From Tubiluchus corallicola (Eukaryota > Animalia > Priapulida), in contig JAQGDQ010000294.1 in NCBI GenBank assembly GCA_030141605.1, forward strand, positions 227,938 through 291,937: DNA of 64,000 bases. The letters are read 5' to 3'. Positions 13,547 to 26,273 of the stretch are shown here, in pieces. The notes under the pieces were generated by a model. The model had not been told where the DNA came from, made no database searches, and worked only from the letters and a program-made list of their open reading frames with translations. Each line of letters begins with the position of its first letter. The stretch's first letter is position 1. Position numbers and translations under genes: made by a program.

Positions 13547-16500
13547 CTAACAGGCAGATTCAAAGAAGCTTGAAGTAAAATCATTTGGATATGTTTTATC
13601 TAACAAATTTTTTGTTTCTGCTATTTCCTTTGCCAACAAATCATTTTTGCGCTTTTGAGACACAGAAGAATTTTTCACTAAAGACACTTTTCGTTTGCAT
13701 AATGAAAGAACGACATCTGTCTTGCCCTCGGCCATGTAGAACTTACACATGTCGTTTATCAGAGTCAACAGAAGAGTGTAATTATTACCGACAATGCGGG
13801 TTTGAGCAGTGAGAAGCTCCATTCGTAACTCGTGTTCGTCTCCCCGGGTTACAAGCTTCTGAAGTTCCTTTGTGTTCTGGCATTCTGGCCTATCCAAATA
13901 CTCAGGTATACGTACACTGTGTTTAGCTATAACATGCTCAGAATCTGCACATCTTATGTCCATAGCTTTAAAAAGACAATGTACTGCACTACCAAAATCC
14001 CTCCACCTTAGTGTAGCAACCAACTCCAAAATTTCTGCGGAAAGTTGTTTTGGGCAATCTTTGCGGGAATGCAAGAAATCTGCAACCTCAATAGCTCCAA
14101 ACAAAACTGCTCGAATTGCACACGTTCTCAGCTCCGATCCCAAATTAACAGGCTCGTCGGGAAAAAGGTCGATCAGCATCTTAATCAACAATATGTTGAA
14201 CCCCTTGTGCGATATGATGACTCTCGTCTCGTTAGCTTTGTTAGCAATATTAAACACAGTGTCTTCGCATTTTGTTAAAGCGTTTAATATATTTGAGAGA
14301 TTATTTGGATCGCTTGCCTGAAGTTTATCTACAACATTCTTTATTTTTGTTCCAAAAGCATGATTGGCATTTGTTAAGGCATCAACTCGTTCCTTTGCCA
14401 GGCAAATTACTGGTTGTAGCCGACGTCGATATGTGCAAACAGTAATCATAGGACACTGGAGTCCAGAAAAGCTTGCCTCTATATCACAACGCATAAATAG
14501 TTGAAGCAGCTTTCTAGCACCAGAATGAGCAGCCTTGTGAAATGGTGTCAGACCTTGGTAGTCCTCAATACTTGGATTGGCATCGTTTTCTATCAAGTAT
14601 TTGATAACCGTTTCATTTGTTGTCAGATCTGCACATGCTAGCATCAGCGGCGTTTCTTTAAATTTATTTTGCGGGTTCGTATCGCAGTGAACATTTAAAA
14701 TTAGTTTAACCACCTCAAGTTTTGTAGCAGGTGCATTAGCTCTGCATGCGAGGTGTACTGGCAGCATGCCATACTTATCTGCCACATTGACGGTAACACC
14801 TTTGCCAAGAATAAATTTAATTAGAGATACTTGATCTATGTTAACATCATAGGCTTTTGGGAAGTCCGTAAGGCTAAAACAAAGTATATGCAGGAGTGTC
14901 TTGCCTTGATTGTTTACCACTCCTACAGTAAAATTATTATCATTCAGCAAATGAATCATATCCATACTATTTACAAAGTGTATTGCAGTTGATCCATCTA
15001 GGGTTGCCTGCTTTTTGTCAACGCTGTTGCCTAGCAGCCATCTGACTGTTTCGGTTTTGTTACAATGCACTGCTCCTAGAAGACACGGCAGTGTGCTACC
15101 TTGGAAGAAGTTGAGCGTGTCCTGACCCTGGCTTAACATGACAAAGCTCCCAATGTTGATCAGGTTATAACTTTCTAGGCCGCTTTCTGCCATTTCAAAA
15201 TTGTTCCGAAGAAAAAGATCTAGCAGATCTAAGTTTCCGGAACAACAAGCCAGTCTAAAGGGCGTGGTGAAGAACAGAGTCGATTTGTCAGCTCCTTGAA
15301 ACACAAGGCGAGTTTTACAGTTGCGTAAAGTTTCATGGATGAAATCGAACGTATCACCTTCTATTGTAACTTCATCCCATAGGTAGTGCTTGAGGCAGAA
15401 TGAAAGGTATTTCCTGAAAACTGTAAGAACAAAAGATGGCCGTTTAACTGTTACATAACTGCACATTTGCCTGCTGATAGAGAGTTTCCACTACATCCAC
15501 AGAACAGTTTATCATGATTGTGGGAGCAGAACTGACGTCACCTTACAGTCACAATGACAGTAGACAAGAATCATTTGTACCCTAGAGCGCGTTCTACAAT
15601 CACAACCTGACTGTAGATTTCTTGTAGTCAGCGCTGACAGTTTCCGCAAGATTTCGAGCTAGGCAGCACCAACACATATACTTGAGTTTGTAAAATGTGC
15701 TTTGTCTCAACTTGCGACAGCTAATGAACTTAAATCACTTAATTTCAAAAATTCATCAAGACAGTCGGGCTGTATGGAAATGCGCGGGACGTGATGATGA
15801 CCGTGACTTTGGTGACATCATTTCAGAATCAGAATTGTTTGCTGTTCGACTGTAACAGAAACTCTCTAACAACGCACCGATTTGTTTGAAGTACATGCCA
15901 ACAATGTGCAGCGCATTACGCAAGATCTTGTATCGTAAATGTTGAATAACGTGTACACCAACAGCAACGAAGACAATATCATAATAGCAAAAAACAAACT
16001 GATAAACAGACAAAACCGAACATTGAAGGAAAACCAGATGATTGCACAGACATTAGTTCAAAATAAAGAATGTTCTAAAATAGTGAAAACTACAATAGGT
16101 TTTTTTAAATCAAAGTTTAAGTTAAATAACAATTACCTCAGATAGTTAATTTTGTTAAAGTTTCAAAGCTATACACAGCTCAGCGAATCCACTAAGACAG
16201 GTACTGGCTCCTTTTTATCACATTCACCTTGATGACATCACTGCAGTGATCGTCTGTGACGTCAGTGTGACGTAGAGCTCATTTTCATGACATCAGCGTC
16301 TTATAGCAATCTTTGCTTATGTGAAATGTGCTTGATGTGCAAGAAAGATGTCTACCATTGGACAAATTGTGGCTAGTTTGTGACATACGCGATAGCTATA
16401 TTCGGTTGCCATAAATAGCCTTTCAAAGGTAATCATTCAAATATCAGAAACAATTCCTAACTTTTATAGGCAAGAAAATGTATATTTAGGACAGTAAATT

Positions 16501-16975
16501 AAAATGAGATCAAGTTTAAACAATCGTCCGGTTTTCCTTTAATACTGCTAACAGTTGAAATACATCACATTACATTACATATGTAACAACAAAAGCTAAA
16601 AACATAAAGAGACATGGGCTGCAAATAAAGTGACTGTAATACTGTACAGATAACACTAGTACAGTCAAACAGTAAAGTACAATGAAAGCAGCTGGTAGCA
16701 TACTTTACTTCAGGGTCAGAAGAATTCACACAACTAATCCTTACCTTAAAAAATTAAGGAAAGTAAAAAAATGACAAGAATTATCAAACTACATGTGTTA
16801 TACGACAGACACAAAGCCATAAACTTACTAAAAAAGAAAAATTATGTAAACTTAAGAAAAGTGTGTCGAAACATTTTGCATTTTTCGACTTAATTTATGC
16901 AGGTAAAATACATTTACCTGTCACTTCATCTTCTCTTTCTGAGTTTTTATCCTCTGCTGCTTCTTCATTCATCAT
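13547..16975 (-). CDS. Fem-1-like ankyrin repeat protein (2 coding exons: 16975-16918, 15420-13547; ~643 aa)
   Basis: Ankyrin repeats: GSTAIHF, GKTLLHIL, GMLPVHLAC, ETPLMLAC, GLTPFHKAA. The segment LELVA...KAMDIR...ECQNTKEL...LRMELLTAQTRIVG resembles the Fem-1 TPR-like core. Exon 1 (MMNEEAAEDKNSEREDEVT, 58 nt, donor G|gtaaat) joins in phase to the acceptor ttcttacag at 15421. Confidence 0.8.
16027..16538. mobile_element. Kolobok-like MITE family B in intron 1 of the ankyrin gene
   Basis: TIRs aggaaaaccag / ccggttttcct with ttga/ttaa flanks. A related inverted copy lies at ~31182-31728. Confidence 0.65.
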
Positions 16976-17116
16976 GAGAAATTGCACCGAAGCAATTTAC
17001 AGCACATTTATCACATTACAAGCCACATATTAAATTATGAACATTAACAAATATCAGTGTTAGGAGTTTCAAATCTTGGATAAGCATGCGACCTTTGAAC
17101 ATGGCACGTACACCAT

Positions 17117-17989
17117 CAGTGGCAGCTCTAGTGGCTATCTACAAAACAACATCTTAGCTTGTGTTAGCAACAATAGTGTACAAAATATGAACACAAGTTT
17201 AATACTGCTAAGAAACCTAAATACTACTTTGCATGTTAATTTTGCCTAATAATAAAAAACTGTTGTTAATTACCAATAATAATTAGCATGTAATTTGCAG
17301 AAGGTCCTGCAACAGTAGCTACTCTGTAACTGGGAGTTGTGTTGTTTCTTCCAACTAATTTACCGTGACAAACATAAAATATACAAAAGGTGACTTCATT
17401 CCATTGAAGCAGTAACACAAAGTCACCAAAGTATAGAAGCAAAGGCTGAAGCTGCTTCTTTGTTGGCAGGTGTGAAGTGTCATGTGGAATTATGTATTGT
17501 ATTCAGTGGCAGCTCCTAGCTAAGATTAGTGGGGGTGCTGTTTCAGAAAATGTTTAGCCATTGTTTTAATATTTTATAAAACCAAACAACACGTGTAATT
17601 TTAATGTTGTAATTTTAAACAAACAAACAAACATACGAAAATTTATATTTCACTTGATAAAATCCTAAACAAAAAAATATTTTTTGCTCATTAATAGCCC
17701 AAATTTGTCGCAGTTCGAGCTTGATCAATTCACGGTAAGCACGTGACAACTGACAACAAACTGTGTGAGTGACAGTACTTTCTCTACCTGCGCTCAGACT
17801 TGTGTGGCATTTGTGTACATGGCTGCATATGCACAACAGCCAACAGTACTACCCTCATGTGCCCTGTTTCGGTACCAATATAAAGAAAGAACTAAGGAAA
17901 AAGAGTTACTATATTGAATATTATTGATAATATCGAGAGAAAATAGGGGGTGCTGCAGTTCCACAGTACCTATACATGAGCCGCCCCTG
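17117..17989. mobile_element. Composite hAT MITE carrying a captured ~380-bp genomic fragment
   Basis: TIRs cagtggcagctc / gagccgcccctg; degenerate TSD tacaccat/tactccac; a second left TIR at 17504. The segment 17126-17560 is near-identical to 25424-25860. Confidence 0.75.
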
Positions 17990-18683
17990 TACTCCACGCG
18001 GTGACATTAAAAGCAGTACTGTTTGCACATGGGCAAATAAAATAGTAAAGCATTTCTAATGTAACCAGGAGTGCCACACTTGAGAAAGTATATGTACTTA
18101 TCACAAATATATGGAACGTGTCTTTCATTAGCAGAAAATAATTTATAACGATGTCAAATTCATTATTGCCTTTGTCCAAAACTGCAAAGTCAGATTATGT
18201 GATGACATTACTATTTTTTGAAAAATCCGGTAATAAATTAGATTTGGTTATTAAAGAGTCATTTTTAAAAATAAAAAAACTCTTTTGAATTAAAAATGGC
18301 TACGTTTATAACAACCACTATGACTCTGCGCGACTCTCGCAAGTTATTAAAGCCTCACAACTTTCTTATAATATTTCTTACAAGTTTACAGATTTATTTT
18401 GCCCAGTGAGTCAACTTAATTAGTGTCATTTTATAAAATTTGTTTCTTAGACTATTACATACAAGTTTTCTACTTTCATACTTCTTGACAACTGAGTCTG
18501 CACGAGTTACGTAGTTCCTGGAAAACTTTAAAATTACAAAATTGTGGAATAAAAACGTTTTTAATTATTCTAATAGTACAAGTATAACATCAGATCTCTG
18601 CTAACATGATATTGCAAACTGGTATTTTCAAAAAAAAAATTTATAGAAACAAATAAAATTTTTACTTTGTTTAATCTATTTAA

Positions 18684-19372
18684 AGTACAAGAAAAACTTC
18701 CATTTACATTAAGCTTAACAAATTTGTCTTGAAATTTTATACCACTTACATACTACCTTTTTGCATACAGGGCTTGCATCGGCAGTAATACTGTATAGCA
18801 CATGTGAACTGAAACTCCAGCAATGAGCATTAGGCAAAGCCATTTTTATGATAACTCATTTGAAACAAGTTTAGATAACATTGTGTAAAGTTTGAAAATA
18901 ATCAGAGCATTCGTAGTGCACACGCCAGTAACTAAGTAAAATTTTAAATTACTGTATCTTATCAATAGCATTAAAAATGCATTTTTGGTAAGTGAGTGGT
19001 GCACCCTGGAGGTGAGTCTGATGACATTTTTCCAATTGGTGAAAACATTTTAAATAATTAATAATTTTCTTTACTAGTTTCATAAGTCCTTCCAGCAGGT
19101 AAGTGCAATGCTAACTAATATAACTTTGTATGGAAAGTTTTTTTGGGATATAGTTTAACATTGCCTTTTCTTCCCCTGACTGCCATTGTGCTTATATGAC
19201 GTCATGTAATGGCACGGTCGGAACAGTATTGCGAGAAATTTAAAATGAAAACAAACAAAAATTCCTTTTGAACATGAGTACAATATACACACAAAATTGC
19301 TATTTTATAAAGTAATATAATTTTTTAGGCAGTTTTTCTGAAACCTACTTCAGGCACCCCTTTTCTTGTCCT
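18684..19372 (+). mobile_element. Full-length Kolobok-like MITE family A
   Basis: TTAA on both sides, TIRs agtacaagaaaa / ttttcttgtcct; collinear with 60753-61420. A TTAA TSD with purine-purine termini is typical of Kolobok. Confidence 0.8.
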
Positions 19373-19961
19373 TTAAGCCTTACCGATTTATGATTATAGT
19401 GCAAAATTATTTTATTTGTAGTCAGTTGTTGCCAAGCGAATAGAGAAATGTTCTGCGCAATTCTAGATAAAGTTGAAATATTTCTCTATGAGAAATGCGT
19501 CTATGTAACCAGAAAACTGAAATTTATTTATTAAGCAAGTAATTGTAGGGAAGCTGACAAGAACAAAATGATTGTATTGCAACCCAAGGCCGAGCTCAAA
19601 CAACTTACAGCGGAATCTAATATACCTACATTTAAAAACATAGAAATTATTGCGCAATTTGTTTTAAAGTCATTCATGAAAATTAAAAAGTTGTTGTCTT
19701 CGGCCAACCGAAATCTCTCTGTGGTCATGTTTAGAATTTATGAGATGAATTGACCAATACAAAATGTTTAGAATTTATGACATGAACTGACCAATACAAA
19801 AATATAACTGTTTGAAGGTAACACCAAACTTTTCCAGTTCACTCAGAAATGTCACGTATCTAAATGTTTAAATCTTTCTGCCTAAATTCATGTTTTTGTA
19901 GCTAACAAAATGGTATATTTAATATTGGGTTTGTTTTGATTGTTCATAGTTGATATTAATA

Positions 19962-21072
19962 CAGTAGGCACTGCTTAATAGACTCACTTTGGGACTGACA
20001 TGTTTTGACCTAATTAACCGACTAAACCTATTAACTGTGCAGTTAAAAATTTAAAAAAAATATTTTAAAATATTAATTAATACAGTAAATTAGTAACAAA
20101 TTAAAATGTATACTTTTCTAAAAAAATGTTTGCAAAATGACTGTACCTACATCTTTGACTGTTAACTGATTAAGCGTGAAAGTGTAATTTGCAACGAGAG
20201 CTTCAAAAGGAAACTGCTAGGCAAGTGATTAAATGTTTAGCTTCCAGAAATTCTTGAGTAACGAGGTTAATTGCAGCGGGTAACAGCTAGCGTATTAGCG
20301 CATGATAAACGTACCTGCTTACAAACATAACATACTTAACATGACTGTTTCTACAGAGGTTATAGTGCACAAAAGCAAAGTAAAGATGACATAAAAGTAG
20401 GAAAGGCTGTTTGGCTAACATAGCAAATGTCTTATTTTATGTGAAAGAAAAATATCTAGTCAATTGTGCGTAGTTATTTGAGTAAACCGCCCGTTTTCAT
20501 GTACATTTGAATAGAAGCGGCCTGTACCAGGCGTTTTAAGTCAATAAAGCAATTGAGTCTATTAACTGTGAGTCTATTAAAAGTGAGTCTACGAAAGCGA
20601 TTGAGTCTATTAACTGTGAGTCCATTAAGTGATTGAGTCTATTTACTGTGAGTCTACTAAGCGATTGAGTCTATTAACTGTGAGTCTACTAAGCGATTGA
20701 GTCTATTAACTGTGAGTCTACTAAGCGATTGAGTCTATTAACTATGAGTCTACTAAGCGATTGAGTCTATTTACTGTGAGTCTACTAAGTGATTGAGTCT
20801 ATTAACTGTGAGTCTATTAACTGTGAGTCTACTAAGCGATTGAGTCTATTAACTGTGAGTCTATTAAGCGATTGAGTCTATTAACTGTGAGTCTACTAAG
20901 CGATTGAGTCTATTAACTGTGAGTCTACTAAGCGATTGAGTCTATTTACTGTAAGTCTACTAAGCGATTGAGTCTATTAACTGTGAGTCAATAAAGCGAT
21001 TGAGTCTGTTAACTGTGAGTCTATTAAGTGATTAAGTCTATTAACTGTAAGTCTATTAAGCGGCGTCTACTG
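19962..21072. mobile_element. Tc1/pogo-like non-autonomous element with an internal 32-bp tandem expansion
   Basis: TA flanks, TIRs cagtaggcactgcttaatagactc / gagtctattaagcggcgtctactg. Related copies at 32330-33221 and ~54480-54641. Confidence 0.8.
20555..21062. repeat. 32-bp tandem array (about 15 copies) derived from the transposon TIR
   Basis: Unit gagtctattaactgtgagtctactaagcgatt. Confidence 0.9.
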
Positions 21073-21692
21073 TAAGCGCTATTACAAGAATAACCACTAT
21101 CAGACGAAACAAATGATTCTATTAGCTTTGACATTACGTTACTGATCACATGACTTCATTATTGACGTGATCTGAGCAAGCACAAGTATGAAACGATCAC
21201 AACTAAATTAATTTTACTTACGACATAACATGCGTATCACATTCCTACTGCTAAACCTTTCTAACATCTTGCCAGATGAACAATGCCCAAACATTGAAGC
21301 CAAACCAAATACCCAGAAATTTTGTCATTTCTTCTGATGTCAGAAGCGATGTCCCCTTACCAGACAGCGAAATCATCGTTAAGCAAAATTTATCCCACGA
21401 CTACATATGATTTTAAAGGCAGAAACAGTGAACAGGACAAACTTTGGCTAAATTTTACAGTTCACCATACACAAGAAATTAGTTCGTGAAGCAGACTAGG
21501 ATTAGGATTGGGGTTAGGGTATTTGAATTGTGTTGGGAATTGTGAACTCTTTCCTAAATTCAGATATTTACAACATAACTTAAACAAAATACAGTACTAT
21601 AATGTTTCATTAATAAGAAAATAAAAAGCTATTTGTGTTTAATACAATACCTTAGCATTTGATTTTGCACAACGCCCAGCATGTTCCTGTTG

Positions 21693-24600
21693 TCATACTA
21701 TCTGTACTACTTTGTTTGTCCTTGCAGAAAACGAATGACATGGGAGAAAGCTCGCTATCATCATACCGTAATAACTGGGATGGTAATTAGCATAAAGTTT
21801 CGCATTCCAGCAAACACGTGAACTATGTAGGAGTGAGTCTAGTAGAACAAAACCAGGAAAACCACACGATAAAGCTTCATCCACATATGAAGCGGCGGTG
21901 ACAGTGAGTTCAGAACTGGTTTGAGTTTCCACCCATCTTCCACATGCCTGCCATTAGAGCAATAGTAATTAAGTTCTGAGTAGCATACATTTAAAAATGC
22001 ATTTGTCTACCAAGCAAAAGTAATCATACAATGAGTTCAGCAAACAATTCTTGGCCTAGTAATACCGAATTGAAAGATGAAATTAAAATTACAACACCGA
22101 TTAAGACCGAATTAAGCAAAATACAGGGCTGGTTTTAAGCCAATTAGACAGATTTGTTCAAACTGGAGGAATTGACGCGAGTGAAGGATGACATGATGAA
22201 TTAACGAGCATCTGGTGTGCACAAATTTTCTTGATACTGTGAGAGCAGTGAAATCATTCGGTCTTTCCTCGTATAATTAAGTTTCAATGCGTTTTTTGCT
22301 GATCAGCTAAGTGTTTTGTAATTTCAATTTATTGTCATCATTTACGTTCAAAAAACTAATTGGCAAAACCTATTATTAGTTAGATCGTCTTTGAATTTTA
22401 ATTTTACTAATTTGTGGGCGATGTTAAAACCTTCAACACAGATTAAAATACACCAGAGGCTCAATAATTTGGCTATGCTATCTGTAGAAAATGACATCGC
22501 AAACAACATTTGACTTTGAAAGATTTCTTGAATAAAAAAACAGAAAAGTCTGTTTTACAAGGCTTATGCACAAACAGTATGTCAGTAATTATCTTTACTT
22601 TTTTAATAAAACATTAAAACTTTCCTATGGGCTTTTAATTCTTAGTATATCATTGTCGCTAAAGTTGGGGCCTCAAGCTCTTAAGACTTTTTGGTCGAGG
22701 CTGGCGTACATGAAGCATAAAATATAAATGTTCAGCTTTTGTAGGGTAAAAGTCTCCATTAACAATTTTCTAATAGAGCCCGGCAGTTCCTAGCAGCGGC
22801 CCTAGCAAAATAGCTACCCAATTTAATGATAGATGTAAGCATCTACCCAATTTAAAAGTAAAATGAGACACTCGTCCATAGGAATTGCACAAATTTTACA
22901 GTTCAACACATCTCATTAAATACATTATTGTCAATCAGAAATATAAACACAAACAGCTTTTTCAGCTATATTTTGATAACAACTGAAGTTACAGGTTACC
23001 TTATCAAACGGCTCTGCGGCCGGAGAAAACCCATAAGGACCATTTGGATCGTGGGTGTGTGCCAGATCTCCGCTTATGATCACAGCAATGCGTTTCTGTT
23101 GTTCTTCAAGCTTTACAAACAGAGCAGTGCCTGCACAAAATTCAACAAAGTCTATGAAAATCTATTCATTGCACGTGTCAAGCAATGTACAAGTATATTT
23201 AATAAAAAATAATAATTTGTGGCTGGAACCGTTCATGACTGGAAGCAGACCCGTACATGGCTGGAAGAAGAGAGGTACATGGCTGGAAAGAGACCCATAC
23301 ATGGCTGGAATGACATCCGTACATGGCTGGAAGGAGAAGAAAAGAGGTACATGCCTGGAAGAAGAGATGTACATTACTGGAAAGAAGACACGTACATTAC
23401 TGGAAAGAGACCCGCACTTGACTGGAAGGGGAGCCGTACGTGAATGGAAGGGGACCCGTACGTGACTGGAAAGAAGACCCGCACATGACTGGAAATGGTA
23501 ATTTTTTATGATTTATAATATTCTTCTAATGTTAGAATTAATATTTTTAATATATCTTTATACATTTTGTGATTTTTTTTATGTAAAATTCATCAAATCT
23601 ATACATTACTGTACAATACGTACAACGCATGTGCAAAAATACTTTAGACGGAGTACCGCAAAAACCCGCAAAACAGCGAAAATATTTCGATAAATATTTT
23701 ACAATAATATTTTTGAAAACCCGCGAAACAGCGAGTCCACGATAAACGAACCGGAACGTAGTAGCGAGGGAACACTGTAATTACCCAAACTAGAAAGCTC
23801 GTTTATCATAGAAACAGCATCTGTGTAGCGTCTGTTTGGCACGGACAGCACAACAGCTAACGTAGACGCCCACGCGGACTCTCCAATAAAGTAAAACGGA
23901 ATCACTTCACCCCATCTACAATAGGAAAGTTTTAATTATCAATCAATGTCAACACTAATTAATAAAAAATACCACAACGAAAGCAAAGAACAGAAAAATG
24001 CCCTTTTAATTTCCTTATATTGAGATTATCAAAATTATTATCATTTATTCCAATTCTGGTTACAAAGACGTTTTCCATGTTACGTAATTGTTAACATAAT
24101 CATAGGATAGAGTTGTAACACTTTCTAATAGGAGTTGAAATTTTGTTAATCTACATTAATTCCACAGCACTGGTATTTCCAGGCACTGCATATTTGTAAC
24201 TTACACAAAATGCAAAAGCTTTTTTCCGGAAGATCGCCATCAAACTTACAAATACAATCTATGCACATTTACCTGAGCGGAAAAGCCTCGGCCTGGCCAA
24301 AAACGTTGAGCACAGATACGTTGTAATGTAACTTCAACTGCTGAAAAAGTTCCATGGTCAGATTTTTGTCAAAGTGAACTGAAAATACAAATGATAAAAG
24401 TAACAATAAATTTCAAAAATAGCTGCATATACTTGATATTTATAAGTATACCATGGCACGAAGCTAATTTAAGTCTCTTGTACAACACTACCAATCATTT
24501 TTGAATTCTTGAAAAAGTAGGTTTAATTAGTGTTTAGTTTAAGTAGCATTCGGATGTGTTTCAGGGGGTGTGGAATAGATAAAATTGGTTTATATTGTTT

Positions 24601-25080
24601 TCAATGCACTAGTTTGTGCAGCCTGCGTAAGCGTTATTCTTTTTCTGTAGTTGTTTTCTATCGATTTTTTCTGCAGAGCGCAGGCTATTTCGCAGGTGAA
24701 AAACACATCTGTCATTAATATTCAAAGATTGAAAACCAACCTGTCACATTATAGCAGCACGGTGGGCACTTGCAGTTATCCGTATCAGCGTATCCCTTGG
24801 CAACAGTGCCCAGGTAAAACTCAAACATGGTCTGATCGGCTACACCGTGGGGAGTTACCAAAAAAACTACATCTGGGGTCAAGTCAGCGATATGTTCCCC
24901 AACTTCTTTAGCAGAACGATGTAACACCCACGCATGTTCCCTTGCTACGGGATCAGTGGTGTTAAAATGAGATGGATCTAGCGCTATGCCACCATGTGGA
25001 AATATGTAAGAACCTATAATCTTTGAGTTGCATAAATTCACTAAGGAGCACACAAATAGTAAGATTATAATTTTATACAT
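21693..25080 (-). CDS. Secreted LigB/MEMO-fold (class III extradiol dioxygenase-like, TTE1956/AmmeMemo-like) protein, 320 aa
   Basis: Exons 25080-24741, 24378-24273, 23915-23785, 23130-23000, 21947-21693; all GT-AG with matching phases (963 nt). Motifs: IFPHGG, VFLVTPHG, WGEVIP, VIISGDLAHTH, GPYGFSPAAEPFD, ALSCG, YYGMMIA. N-terminal signal-peptide-like MYKIIILLFVCSLVNLCNS. Confidence 0.88.
22124..22804 (+). mobile_element. hAT deletion derivative with a transposase C-terminal remnant
   Basis: Exact 8-bp TSD gcaaaata on both sides. Positions ~22455-22510 translate to QRLNNLAMLSVENDIANNI, which resembles the hAT C-terminal dimerisation region. Lies in intron 4 of the LigB-like gene. Confidence 0.8.
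23217..23495. repeat. Degenerate ~22-bp minisatellite
   Basis: Recurrent core gtacatg(g/a)ctggaa with variable purine-rich linkers. Confidence 0.8.
23620..23777. mobile_element. Right-end fragment of the Tigger/pogo-like MITE seen at 33810-34194
   Basis: gacggagtaccgcaaaa...cgagggaacactg(ta) is near-identical to 34067-34194. Confidence 0.75.
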
Positions 25081-25418
25081 TTTTACGGTTAAAAAGACAT
25101 AATTAGATTGCATAGATACAAAGAAATGTTGACTTAATCAGCCTTTTAAAGGCTAATGCATCATATACTACAAGGTTTGAAACAACTTTCACAGCTTTGG
25201 CAAAATCACGTGTCAAAACATCGCGGCCCACACATGCCGACGAAAACACACCACACGACATATGCAGCTGGTGTCACCTACTGGCAATATCTTAAATTAA
25301 AATGCTCTACTCAACTGGATAATTTGCATTATAATTAGTCACCAGCGTAAGTTACCGAAAAAAGGGCTGTTTGTATACGGAACTTATAATGTGATTATTG
25401 GTGGAGTAATTTTAATAC

Positions 25419-25436
25419 TAGCCCTCTAGTGGCTAT
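25419..25436 (-). promoter_or_regulatory. CTCF-like motif upstream of the LigB-like gene
   Basis: The reverse complement reads agccactagagggct, matching the CTCF core CCACYAGRGGGC. A similar gtccactaggtggca lies at ~3547-3561. Motif match only. Confidence 0.35.
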
Positions 25437-25796
25437 CTACAAAACAACATCTTAGCTAGTGTTAGCAACAATAGTGTACAAAATATGAACACAAGTTTTC
25501 TACTGCTAACAAACCTAAATGCCTATTTTACATGTTAATTTTGCCCAATAATAAAAAACTGTTGCTAATTAGCATGTAATTTGCAGAAAGTCCTGCAGCA
25601 GTAGCTACTCTGTAACTGGGAGTTGTGTTGTTTCTTCCAACTAATTTACCATGACAAACATAGAATTTTTATACAAAAGGTGACTTCATTCCACTGAAGC
25701 AGTAACATAAAGTCACCAAAGTATAGAACCAAAGGCTAAAAAAGCTGCTTCTTTGTTGGCAGGTGTGAAGTGTCATGTGGAATTATGTATTGTATT

Positions 25797-26273
25797 CAGT
25801 GGCAGCTTCTAGCTAAGATTAGTGGGGGTGCTGTTTCAGAAATTTTTTAGCATTGTTTTAAATTGTTTTAAAATGAAGCGAACATTGAAAATTAAGTTAT
25901 TTAAATTTTCTCTAAATCAATTAAATAGAATAGCTGAAAGCATGATAATCGTCTAATTCTACACATTTTATCACTTTCAAGACTATGCTACACGGTTTCT
26001 ATACATAACACACGTCGAGTCAAAAAGAAACATTGCTTACACAACAGGGTCAGCACTGCATGAGCGACAGTGCTCTCTGTGCCTAGCATACTGCTTCTTA
26101 TCACTGTCAAGTGCTTAACAACCAAACACCGAGTCGCTGGAACTGCAAAGTGCACAGTTCCGTCATGTACTCTTGTTCTGTACAAGGATTTACAAATATT
26201 GAATGTTATCGATAATAAAAGTCAAAATAGGGGGCCACACAGTTCCACAGTGCCTATACACAAGCTCCCACTG
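25797..26273. mobile_element. hAT MITE (same family as 17504-17989)
   Basis: TIRs cagtggcagctt / aagctcccactg; degenerate TSD attgtatt/actgtaat. Confidence 0.75.

Noticed and set aside
15756-16013. 85-aa ORF upstream of the large ankyrin exon
   Set aside because: There is no well-placed acceptor/donor pair linking it in frame, and exon 16918 splices cleanly to 15420.
21222-21400. Minus-strand segment ...SEEMTKFLGIWF... resembling a LINE reverse transcriptase fragment
   Set aside because: Too short and interrupted by stops to call with confidence.
21495-21520. ggattaggattggggttaggg, telomere-like
   Set aside because: Only about three imperfect units, which is compatible with chance.
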